64,000 bases of DNA from contig JBHGNT010000015.1 of assembly GCA_043228905.1 (NCBI GenBank), forward strand, positions 20,216,304 to 20,280,303, read 5' to 3'. Below, piece by piece: positions 13,601-24,754 of this stretch (position 1 is its first letter; each line of letters begins with the position of its first letter). This stretch comes from Azolla caroliniana. Lineage: Eukaryota > Plantae > Polypodiophyta. Both the position numbers and the translations under genes were made by a program. The notes under the pieces are model-generated. The model ran no database searches. It saw only the letters and a program-made list of their open reading frames with translations, and was not told where the DNA came from.

Positions 13601-13803
13601 TGTGAAATGCTCTCAAAATAGCTCCTTTTCCATTACGTTCTAAGTTACATCTTATAGGCTACTCTTAGCATGGTGGGTGTTTTCCCACTCCAATTAGCTC
13701 TTCTAATTATGGGGGCTTGGTAGGGGCCTAATTTGGGTGTGGTCAATGTGACCCTGGTTAGGTGGGGCCTTGGTTACGATTCGTGATCAAATTATATTAC
13801 ACA
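10677..13803 (-). mobile_element. Truncated Ty3/Gypsy element bounded by inverted LTRs (10677-10889 +, 13601-~13803 -)
   Basis: ~200 bp inverted repeat; PBS TGGTGGAGAAG (tRNA-Ala-like) after the right LTR; gag CCHC, PR LLDSG, RT YLDD, RNase H TDAS/YSTTEKE; integrase absent. Confidence 0.85.
10897..13126 (-). pseudogene. Gypsy gag-PR-RT-RNaseH, degenerate
   Basis: ORFs 12587-13126, 12093-12494, 11367-11702, 10869-11171. Confidence 0.85.
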
Positions 13804-14354
13804 AAAATGTATATAGGTCCTACTATACACAATAAAAGCTTTGGAGTTAATAAGAATCAATATTTTTATATTTTCATGTTACATAAATCAATATTTATAT
13901 ATTTTAGGCACGTCAACATCCCAACATCAATCACCTTTATCTTCAATGGGAACTTTCCTATTTAAAGACCTTTTTTCCTAATATAGCATATATCCTACAT
14001 GCATACATACATACATACATATACATATTATGGCATACTTGTCATGTTTACACATGTTCGAAAACCAACAACCTTCACCACCCCACTCCCATTGCCAAGT
14101 CTCACAACTACGTCAACCAAGGAGGGACCCCATCATACTTGGACAACAAGTGCATTGATGGTTTGGGTCATGATACATTGCCAATAGGGTAGTTCACTAT
14201 CCAAACCTAAAAGCGAGCTCTATGAGGCATAATTCTTATCAAGAAGATGAAGACATGTAACTCAAGTATGGGACACACCAATAAGCATCCTATTTGAACA
14301 TTATAGGAGAGCTGATGTCCAAATATGTGAAAAGGGACGTAATTCTAAATACTC

Positions 14355-14835
14355 AAATGCAAAATCAGTGCAAAGATGAAAATATAAGGTCTTTATACAC
14401 TTCTTCATCATTTTGGAGTCTACACTTAAGCTAAAGCGTTTTCTTAATCTCTTGTGCTCTTCCTCTCTCAAACCTAATTTTAGTTGAATTGTTTTATGTC
14501 CAACCTTAAGACTTAAGTTTTTAGCTTCAAACACTTAAAGCTCAATTTCATGTTAAGTATGGCTAATGGAAATATGGAGATGTTGGTGGTTAACCATTGT
14601 GTTTGGTTTCTTGTGTTTATGTTAAGTGCTTTAAGTGTGAATTAAGTCATCCACTATGTTAATCTTTCTATTTTATTTGTTATTTGCGAGAAGTACATGA
14701 TAAGGGATTTTTCTTAGGTAGGCTAGAGGATCTCATATAATATGTTTGAGATTGGTTTACACCCACCTCTCACTTGCCAAACCTGTGCACATATGCATGA
14801 TCCCTTGCAATGATTTAACATGAAGTTGACCAATA
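14355..14835. repeat. Old diverged direct repeat, copy 1 (copy 2 at ~17067-17712)
   Basis: Colinear similarity, e.g. AATGCAAAA..CAAAGATG.AAATATAA and TTGC.ATGAT.TAACATGAAGT..ACCA; possibly LTRs of an ancient element. Confidence 0.55.
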
Positions 14836-14907
14836 TGTAATATCTCATTGTGTTGAACCAACATGATATTAGTTCTACTAATAGGGGGTTAGATTGATGT
14901 CCACAAG

Positions 14908-16422
14908 TGTTACGGTCATGACCATATAATATCTTGTGGTAAGATTATACCATAGTATTCTATACACGTGGATAAAGTGTGAGGGTTAAACAAGAGTGTA
15001 AAGAAGGGAATGATTACTTTTAATCCTTGGGATTGAGACAACCCATTAAGGCCAAGTGTGAACTTGCCTGGGGGCCTTAGGTCTAGCTACCCTCATTTGA
15101 CATATTATCGACTACATCGAGACTATATCCTCGTGGTGATCAACTCTTGAAGCGAGCATGCCAGTACGAGGTACGACTCGATGCCACGATGGTGGTATGG
15201 GATGCCGATCAAGGTTTGAGTCCGTCTCGATCCCTTCGCTCGGGGGTGGGCGGGTGGATCGGCACCCTTCTTTCTCTCTCTCCTCTCTTATCTAGTTATA
15301 TTAGGATCATCTTTGACAATTGGATACCATGTATATATATGTGTTCTAACATAGATATGTTTATCACATGTATACGATCAAATACGTATACACGTGATTA
15401 CATATGTATATATTAAAGAATCGTTAACATAACATAGCCAACGAATGATGTAATCGAGATACATCATTGAGGCATATAGCCTCTATGCACACGAAACATC
15501 CAAAATAAGGGTGAACGTATACGCAATCGAGGTATTGACCTCTTACGTATACGACACAAATTGTATATCCTATATATAACAATTGAGGTATTGACCTCAT
15601 ACATATACGTAACATATGTAAGTGAATGTAATACGCAACCGAGGTATTGAAATCTTACGCATACAACACAAATCGTATATAAATATATAGCAATCGAGGT
15701 ATTGACCTCATACGCATACATATGTACGTTTTATACAACCAATCGCTTACCACTACAACATAATTGAATCAATGAAAAAAGAAATCACATTTTGAGTATA
15801 CATGATTAGATTGGGAGAGGAAAGAATAGAAAAAGAAGAAGAAAGAGTTACCGACGTTTGCTTGTTAATGCTGTTTTGGATCAAGCTTGATCGCACATCG
15901 ATCGATCATCATCCAACAAAAAAAAACCATCAACAAATGAAACATTAGAAGAAAAGCTCTGATACCAACTGTTAGAGCTTGATCCTAATGTAAGCATATG
16001 ATATGGAAATATAATATAACTAGATAAGAGAGGAGAGAGATAAAGAAGGGTGTTGATCCACCCGACCACCCCCGAGCAAAGGGATCGAGACAGACTCGAG
16101 CCTCGATTGGCATCCCATACCACCGTTGTGGCATTGAGTCATACATGATATTGGCACGCTCGCTTCAAGAGTTGATCACCACAAGGACATAGTCTCGATG
16201 TAGTCAATAATGTGCCAAATGAGGGTAGCTAGGCCTCATATTTATAGCTAGACCTAAGGCCCCCGGGCAAGTTCACACTTGGCCTTAATGGGTTGTCTCA
16301 ATCCCAGTGATTAAAAGTAATAATTCCCTTCTTTACACTCTCGTTTAACCCTCACACTATGGTATAATCTTATACTATGGTATAATCTTACCACGGGATA
16401 TTATATGGTCATGTCCGTAACA
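14908..16422 (-). mobile_element. Non-coding chromovirus derivative with inverted LTRs (14908-15318 +, 15970-16422 -) and ACAAG TSD
   Basis: TGTTACGG...CCGTAACA termini; ACAAG at 14903-14907 and 16423-16427; iMet PBS 15956-15967; interior homologous to the 5' UTR at 58270-58890. Confidence 0.85.
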
Positions 16423-17066
16423 ACAAGTGTCTTATTGAGTTTTCTGTAAGTTCTCGGGCGAAGAAATAATCTTCTCATTACCACCAATTTGATAATTTTG
16501 AATAGGGTTAGGAATTTGACTCAATCATGGACCAACTTGGAAGAAATGAATCATCCTTGGAATTCAAGTGCAAATCATATTAGTCTTCATATTTGTGTGA
16601 GTTTGAGACCATGCTGAATACAAGTTTTGTCCAAGCTTATTGTGATATTGGTGGGCAATCTTCATGCCTTTCATCTAGATAAAACATCTTTCAAGCCCGT
16701 TCGCCCAAAATCCCTAATTTCCTATCCCTTTTAGCACGACTACTAGAGACACATACGCCTTCCTTTACCGTCCAATACCTTTGCCACAACCAACCCCCAA
16801 TGCAACTCCCCACCAACTCAATAGAGCAACAACACACCACTATAGTCTATACTCCTTGTTGATGACCTATGTCGATCTCTTCCAACTTCACCTCCACCCA
16901 ATTCCATCACCTCATCTTCCCCACAACTTCAACTCATTGGCTTGTAATTGTTCCCTTCTATGTTTGGTACAACTTAGAACAACCACTCCTTTTCTTTTTG
17001 TGTGATAAGGAGAGTAGTTGAGGCTTAGGGGAGGAAATAGGATTATGACAGTATTGTAAATAGTGA

Positions 17067-17712
17067 AATGCAAAAGAAGTACAAAGATGGAAATATAAAC
17101 TTTATATATATATTTCCTTCATGTTGAGAGATTACCCTTTAAGCTAGAGCTCTCCTTTAAAATCTATGCTCTCCCTCTCGTAGTCTTCATCTTAGTTGAA
17201 CTCTTTGTGCCCAAGCGTAAGTATTAAGCTTTTAACCAACACTTGTGCTCCATTTCATGTAAGTGTGGCTAGTAGATATACAGAGATGTGTTAGTTAATC
17301 TCTATGTTTGATTTCTTATGTTTTCTCTTTTAGTTTAATGTTTACGCATGAGTTAAGTGATCCAGTAAGGTAATCTTTTTACTTGATAGAGGTACATTAT
17401 TGTGGTGTTTGCTTAGATAGCTTATATTATAGGCATAACCTTACAAACCAATCCTATAGCTAATCTTAATGGGTTAAGGGTAGGATAGTCGAGAAATTGT
17501 CCCAAATGCTAGGATAATTGGGTTCCTAAATATGTATCCTTAACCCATTAAAATTAGCTATAGAATTGGTATATAAGTTCATGCCTAAACAAACTAGGTG
17601 ATCTCACTAGATATACTCAAGAACGGTTGACACCCACTTTTGTCCTACCTCACCCGCAAAAGGGTGTATGTTCACCTAATTCCTTGCTATGATCTAACAT
17701 GAAGTCAACCAT
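17067..17712. repeat. Old diverged direct repeat, copy 2 (contains MITE)
   Basis: Similar to 14355-14835 apart from the MITE insertion. Confidence 0.5.
17430..17587. mobile_element. MITE with ~50 bp terminal inverted repeats
   Basis: TAGGCAT..CCAAT.CTATAGCTAAT.TTAATGGGTTAAGG is mirrored at the right end; absent from the paralogous repeat copy. Confidence 0.7.
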
Positions 17713-18645
17713 TAGCTCATTTGATTACCTAGTGTGACATCATCTCTCGTCAACGCAAAGGTTTATAGAGTAATCTTCAAGTAGTTCAAAACAAGTACTT
17801 GTGTTCTTAAAACATTTTTATAAAATGCTTTAAATCTATTGTTTGAAACTACAACTATTAGCTTGTTTTCTTTTATGAGTTTATTCTTGATACATTTGTA
17901 AGTGCAATATAACTATTTATTTAATGACGTTCAAGGCATGCTTAGTCTAATCATTACAACTTTGAAATATATGATTTACATAGGACATGAACTAAATTAG
18001 ACACCCCATAGACAACTCAAGGCAACCATTTTGCAAAAGCCACATAACTTGTAATCTCTTAATGTTGTCCAATGGTGTCATTTAACAAGAAAAGAAGAAG
18101 AGTTGTGGCTCAATAATGTGGAAAAATTATATTTATTTTCAATAAGTAGTTTGTTCACTTGTTTAAGCTAATGCAATTATTCAACCACTTCAACAACACA
18201 AAATTGTAGTCAAGCATGCCCAACACCATGGCTTATATGAATAACATCCTCATAAGATCTTATATAAGATGATATTCTAAAGCTCGAAATGTAACCATGG
18301 TATGCGATAATGAAGCAACTTTTTGAAACCTTGAATTCGGTACTTCTTATCATTTTGGTTAATTGTGTGTGGATGGGTTCATACAATAACTCAAAAGCAT
18401 ATAGTAGGGCAACTTTTCATGAGCTACGAATTTCATTGTAGAAATTGGTGACATGTTTAAAAAGTGAATCTTTCCATGGAGAACTATTTGTCTCCTTTAA
18501 TGGATGGGATGCATTACAGAAATAAAACAAGTCATGGAAGTGGAAGCTATTGTAGGAATGGTGATGCTCATAAGGAAATAGAGCTAAAAGAAAAGATGTA
18601 CGATACTAAAAATAGGAAACCAATAAATAGGTGGATTTGATTTAA

Positions 18646-18672
18646 TGTGTGTGTGTGTGTGTGCATGTGCCT

Positions 18673-18703
<31 letters not shown>
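18646..18703. repeat. Compound (TG)n/(AG)n microsatellite
   Basis: Direct reading. Confidence 0.9.
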
Positions 18704-18707
<4 letters not shown>

Positions 18708-20001
18708 ATGTGATATGTTGGGGGTGAAGAACCAAGTCTTTGAAGTGGTGTCAAGAGTCGTGATGGGAGAAAGCATTGATAAAATAGTAAAGGAAATAAT
18801 GAAAGATTCTAATGGAACATGAATGGAAAAAGTTGCCAAGTGAAAAAGAAAATCACTGAGAGAGATACATATAATGGCAATATGTCGGGAGTCGCATTAA
18901 TATATAGACAAATAAACATATAGAGAGAAACAATAAGGCATATATAAGAAAGAGAGCGACATTATGTACGGATTAATGCATAGAGATGAAAAAAGGGGGA
19001 TGGGAATGGGGCCTATGCGTGAAGAAAGTCATTGTATGACAACTTGATAAGACACACACATAGTTTGGGCATGTAAGGAGAGAATGAGTGTATGTGTAGG
19101 TAGTGAACGTGTGTGTGAAAAGAGATGAGAGAGACAAGTATAAAGAGGCCAACGTGGCTTGTGAGACCAGCACAATAGACATACTAGAGCTTGTTCACTT
19201 GTTTGAAAAAAAGAAATAAGTGAAACCACCCACATAAAAAAAAGAGAAAACAAGATTGACCATGTTGGCCCATCGCAAAGAGATATTACTATTGTGCTTG
19301 TAGAGTCTCGACCCAAGTCTACGATATTGCTTGCTAATTATGCTCTTATGTGTTTGTTGAGTGAGTGTGGCACTCTTCTCACGAGTGGCTTGGGTTCTCC
19401 TATATCTAAGTTCTTCGGTTCTTCAACCTCCATAAAGCCTTGGGGGGGAGGGTGTACGTGTACGTGAGCGTGAGTGTATATATTTAAAGGTCAAATGGAG
19501 TGTTTCCATCAATTCTTAATAATGGGCATTAGAGTTTGTAAACCATTCTCTTTCATACTATTTTCAATCATTATCAATGGATGCTAGAACCTCCAAAACA
19601 CATTCTCCTTACCGACATGGACAATTACGCACATAATCATAATCAATCCCCATATAAATGTAATAGTCTAATAGATAATATGAACACACGACTACACGTA
19701 TACTATACACACTTGACTTATTTATTTATTTATATTAGATGTGCTCATGTGCTTAACAATGGGGTGACAATAGGAACATTAACAATACCAATAATACTAC
19801 TAGTAATAGAAGTTTAGTCTTTAGTATATTTAAATTGGGCAATGACCAACAAGGATTCTACAATGTATAAATTAATTAAACCTCATCCTTCCATAACTTA
19901 GGTGTCATTTAGGACCCTTTGTAATTGATCTCCATGCTTTGTTTGTCATCCTTAATATTACCAAACCAGTGGATCTACATTTAGAGGCAACTAGACAAGC
20001 A

Positions 20002-20436
20002 ATGGAAACCAATGTTCATAACCACAAGTGTTGCCAAAAGCAAAAGCTAAGGAGAGGGCTATGGTCACCTGATGAAGATGAGAAACTCAAGAACCACATG
20101 ATGTCCAATGTCGGATCAAAGTCATGTACTTGGAGCTCAGTGCCTGAACTCACAGGTACCCACCATCAAATTCATGATTTAAGATCCAACTCTTAATCGT
20201 TATGATGGCGATGATGATGATTGCCATTAAGAGTACCATTAAGAATAACAACAATGCAATGTAGTAGTGAGAAAATTCTAGCAATTAGCTACAAATTAAT
20301 GTACCTAGGTTTGTATCACAACTCGACCTAACTAGTAACAATGTCCAATGTCCAAATTACGTTTGTTTGGTCACGACCTATCTACTATTATGTTGAAGTG
20401 TTGGAAAATTTATATTGTCCAAGTTAATATGTATAC

Positions 20437-20470
<34 letters not shown>

Positions 20471-21428
20471 GTGTATTTGATTATATAATGAGATGTTAAT
20501 CATGATAGTGGATGTAATTAATTTTGATTATACTAGGCATCCAAAGGTGTGGTAAGAGCTGTAGATTAAGATGGATTAATTATCTACGTCCCGATCTCAA
20601 GCGAGGTTCCTTCACTCCGTCGGAAGAGAGGCGGATCATCGATCTCCACCGCATTCTCGGAAACAAGTATGTAACATTTGCTCCATGGCCCTCTACATGT
20701 TTGTACAAATACATTCATACATTGATCAAAAGATTTTGCCCTTAAATCCTATCAATTTTCCTTCTTCTTCTTTGCTATATTCCAACAGGTGGTCAAGAAT
20801 TGCATCATATTTCCCTGGGAGAACAGACAATGAGATCAAGAATCTATGGAATTCCAGCTTGAGGAAAAGGATGCTAGTAGGAAAAGCAGGGGCCATGAAT
20901 TATAGTAGAGCTCATATGCCATCCAAATATATCAACATCATTGCTTCTGCTAATGATCCTAATATAATTGCATTAGGAGCCTCAGCCTCACGTGTTAATC
21001 ACATCATTAATGACACTGATCATATTTGCCCCACTACTTATCCTTCAGTGAGCAACACTAATTCCATCTGCCCAGTGGCTAATCCTTCCCTTATCACCAT
21101 TAACCCCATCTCCCCAATTCCTAATCCCTCCCTAATCACCAGTAATCATGAAGTATTAATCACCCAAGATTCTCTAGGACATAATCCACAACAAAATCCT
21201 AATACCAATGTCATTGATTCTATGGGGGAACATCCCACCAAGCCTATTTGCCTTGTGGGTTGTGACATGGACCAATCACCTTGCGCCACATGGCACTTCC
21301 ACGACATGCCGTCACCTTCGTCAATCCCGTCTCTATTGGACTCGTGCCCAGAAGATGTGAGCTTGCATTGGTTTGATCCTGAGGAGGTCACAAGCCTTGA
21401 CCAAGTAATTGGGCCGTTTCACAAGTGA
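20002..21428 (+). CDS. R2R3-MYB transcription factor, 307 aa, exons 20002-20155, 20537-20666, 20789-21428 (MYB26/55/61/103-like N-terminus)
   Basis: [69 protein letters not shown]; GT-AG introns at the conserved R2R3-MYB positions with a 130-bp exon 2; 924-nt spliced CDS in frame. Confidence 0.93.
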
Positions 21429-21810
21429 CAAACAAGGCTACAATGCGTCAAGTTTTGTCCGACGAGAAACAATGTGTGTATAAATGATGACTTGAGTAAA
21501 CTTGCCTTTGCTCTCTGTTTCGATCCTTGGTTCTCCCTTTTCAAGATAGGTGATGAAGCCATAATATTCAAGATGTCCCAAAGTTTTCAAACTCAATTGG
21601 CTAGAACACACTTATGTGCATATGGAATTAGTAAAGTTCTCAAGTATGTATGTTTTGTTTGCCCAATAATACCAAAGAAAAAATGGATATATCTAAAATT
21701 TGCCCTCCCCCCAACCACCTTTGCCCTTTGTAAAAAATAGAAACATAAAATTTGTCCCCACATCTTTGCTCTTTGTAAAAAACATACCGTTGTCTTTCAC
21801 ATCACCGTAG

Positions 21811-22060
21811 GGGATGCGATACTTTTATTCTCATTCATCCTCTTCGTCATTGAGTTCCTACTTCAACGAACTTTGTTTCAGTAATTTAACTTTGTGTTGT
21901 CAAACCTCTCCAATATATCCATGTCTCTTTAAGTTTAACTATGGGATGTCATACTTTTATTCTCATCCATCCTCTTAGTCATTGAGTTCCCACTTGTAAA
22001 AACTTTGTTTTAGTGATTAGACTCCATTGTGTCAAATGTCTACAACATATTCGTATCTTT
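21811..22060. repeat. Diverged tandem duplication, ~133 bp period
   Basis: GGGATG..ATACTTTTATTCTCAT.CATCCTCTT.GTCATTGAGTTCC at 21811 and 21944. Confidence 0.7.
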
Positions 22061-22211
22061 TTAACATTCATTGCTTTTTCTGACATAAACAATGTTCTTG
22101 CATATTTGAATTTGTGAATCACTTGGAAAATAACTCGTCACTATATTCGTACACAGACAACAAGTTCTGAATCACTTTTCAACACAATGTTGACATCATC
22201 TTCTAAGATAT

Positions 22212-23972
22212 TGTGGTGTGCATGTGTTCCTTTGTGCCACCCTTTTAGCATACCCTTTTTAGGATGCATGTACCTAAGCCAACCCAAATGGGTACCTTTG
22301 TATGAACTATAAATTGAGTAAGAAGTAAGAAGTAAGAAGCTAACTAGGATGGTTTTGATCTCTTATGTGCATTTCACATATTGGTGGAGAAGCGGGCACC
22401 AGTCCCCCACGTCCAAGTATCTACCTCTTCCCCCTCACCTTAGGTTGTCCACTAACTTCTTGTCCCATGAGTTTCTCCGATCCCCTTCTTACACGATAGT
22501 CCTCCTGTCCTCCACCCCAGCCAAGTCCAGGTGGCCCTCAGTCCATAGGAGTGACTGATCTCTTTCCGCCTATAGCCCTCCTGTCTCCCACCTTAGCCAA
22601 GTCTAGGTGGCCCTCAGTCCACTGAAGCGATTGATCTTTCTCTGCCAATTGATCTTTCCTTGATCCCCCTCCGATACGATAGCCCTCATGTCTCCCACCT
22701 CAGCCAAGTCTAGGTGGCCCTCAATCCATAGGAGCGATTGATCTTTCAGACAAATGGCCTCATCGAATACCGCAACAAGACCCTCAAGCAAGAGATGACC
22801 ACACGAATCAACCCTTTTCGAGCACTCTATGGGGGTGATCCTCGCCTCCCACCAGAATTGTCCATTGACGTCCATTCCAACCTTGCCAACATGGATAGTG
22901 CCCCATTGGGGACTCTATCTCCAATAGATGCACCCCCTCCTTTGACAAGCCAGCTCCCGAAACCTACAAAGTCGCACAACAACGCCAGAAGCACCGAGGG
23001 ATTCGGCTCGTTCACCGTAGTTCGTCCCATCAGATCCACCACGTACTTACTCTAACGTGATTCCAACAACTAATTCACCTCCTCCTATGTTTCCTGCATC
23101 AAGCCCTATGCCACCCCAGGCCCAACTTTTGACCCTCGTTCTTTCCCCATGTCGTAAACCTCCTTGTTTCTCTTAGGGGGGAAATGTTGTGTGCATGTGT
23201 TCCTTTGTGCCACCCTTTTAACATACCCTTTTTAGGATGCATGTACCTAAGTTGACCCACCCTTTAGCACACCCTTTTTAGCTAAGCCAACCCAAATGGG
23301 TACCTTTGTATGAACTATAAATTGAGTAAGAAGTAAGAAGCTAACTAGGCTGCTTTGATCTTTCTCCGCCAATTGATCTTTCCCTAATCCCCCTCCGACA
23401 CGATAGCCCTCCTGTCTGCCACCTTAGCCAAGTCTAGGTGGCCCTCAGTCCACAAGAGCGATTGATCTTCCAGACAAATAGTCTTGTCGAATGCCGCAAC
23501 AAGACCCTCAAGCAAGAGATGACTGCACGAATTAACCCTTTTCGAGCACTCTATGGGTGTCATCCTCGCCTCCCACCAGAATCGTCCATTGACGTCCATT
23601 CCAACCTTGCCAACATGGATAGTGCCCCTTGGGGGCACTATCTCCAATTGATGTTCCCCCTCCTTTGACAAGCCAACTCCCGAAACCTACAAAGTCGCAC
23701 AACAACGCCATAAGCACCGAGGGATTCGGCTCGTTCACCGTAGTTCGTGCCCGTCATCTCCACCAGTATGTGAAATGCACATAAGAGATCAAAACCAACC
23801 TAGTAAGCTTCTTACTTCTTACTTAATTTATAGTTCATAGAAAGGTACCCATTTGGGTTGGCTTAGCTAAAAAGGGTGTGCTAAAAGGGTGGGTCGGCTT
23901 AGGTACATGCATCCTAAAAAGGGTATGCTAAAAAGGTGGCACAAAGGAACACATGCTTCCATGCACAGCACA
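22212..23972 (+). mobile_element. TRIM-like miniature LTR element: LTR 22212-22378, PBS, internal, PPT, LTR from 23185, duplicated internal, inverted PBS+LTR 23750-23972
   Basis: PBS TGGTGGAGAAGCGGG (tRNA-Ala-like), PPT TTAGGGGGGAAA, integrase remnant QTNGLIE..NKTLKQ..PFRALYG; ATAT on both flanks. Confidence 0.82.
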
Positions 23973-24069
23973 ATATCATGCAAAGAGTACTCTATGATTA
24001 TCAATACAACGTTGGCATTGTCATTAAAATAGAGATTCTCTCTCTCAATATCTTTTATTATAAGTACCT

Positions 24070-24125
24070 TACCCTAATGGTAAGATGTTACACTACAAAC
24101 ACTATGCCTTGGGTTCGAAACCCAA
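24070..24125 (+). other. tRNA-like Pol III A/B-box element (SINE head or pseudo-tRNA)
   Basis: A-like TACCCTAATGG 24070-24080, B box GGTTCGAAACC 24112-24122, perfect T-arm TTGGG-TTCGAAA-CCCAA. Confidence 0.55.
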
Positions 24126-24191
24126 TTATCTCACCTCTCTATTACATACTTCATACATATCTGATTCTCTTTTCAATTCGCTAGATGCCAC

Positions 24192-24263
24192 TGTGGAAAT
24201 GTAAATATTGAACCCATGACCTACTGGTCTCCATTGGTCGACCTTACCAACTGAGCTACATCC
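24192..24263 (-). other. tRNA-like Pol III A/B-box element, possibly the start of a decayed LTR
   Basis: Minus strand GGATG-TAGCTCAGTTGG-TAAG...GGTCATGGGTTCAATA; 44 nt A-B spacing; resembles the start of the family A LTR. Confidence 0.55.
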
Positions 24264-24419
24264 ATCTAGGCAACCAATTCTCTGTCTCTCTCTGTCTCTC
24301 TATCTCTCTCTCGTAAAAGCACACAATTATATTAATGGTATGTAAAATCCACTTAGTTACAACACTTCTTAGTCTCCTCTACCTATCATATGCGTATGTA
24401 AGGAGAGGGACGTTCTGTA

Positions 24420-24754
24420 ATGCTATTTAAAAACCCAAATATGCATTTGAGCAAACAATCCCCACATGCTCTGACATCCAAAAATTCCACATGAGAATAC
24501 GTTTCAACTTCTTTATATAGGCCTTCACCCCATGTCTATTATCAAACATGAAAGCATTACGCATATTCCAATTGTGTTGTAGACCCCAATAACGTAAAAA
24601 TTGGAACAATATCTCCATCTCATCATTTGAACCATTTTGAACATATTGAGAAAAAACCCATTGTTAACGTCTCAAACAACAACGGGTTAAAACTTGCCAA
24701 ATGTCTGATAAGTACTTCCAAATGGTACACGCTATATGACATTTAATGAACCGT
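24420..24754 (-). pseudogene. LINE ORF2 3' end (CCHC/zf-RVT region), separated from 62153-64000 by the large Gypsy
   Basis: KCHIACTIW..W and WNMRNAFMF motifs; CCGT duplicated at 24751-24754 and 62153-62156. Confidence 0.7.

Noticed and set aside
15188-15225. B-box-like GGTTTGAGTCC in the chromovirus LTR as a fourth Pol III cassette
   Set aside because: Nearest A-like motif only ~24 nt upstream; other copies read GGCTCGAGTCC
19452-19490. Tandem ACGTG (ABRE-like) plus TATA as the MYB promoter
   Set aside because: Short motifs ~520 bp upstream with no TSS evidence; another TATA candidate at 19866
20685-20788. 247-aa ORF start as part of the MYB protein
   Set aside because: Lies in intron 2 between canonical GT (20667) and AG (20788)
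24070-24263. Functional tRNA genes
   Set aside because: No complete acceptor or anticodon stems; only promoter boxes and one T-arm
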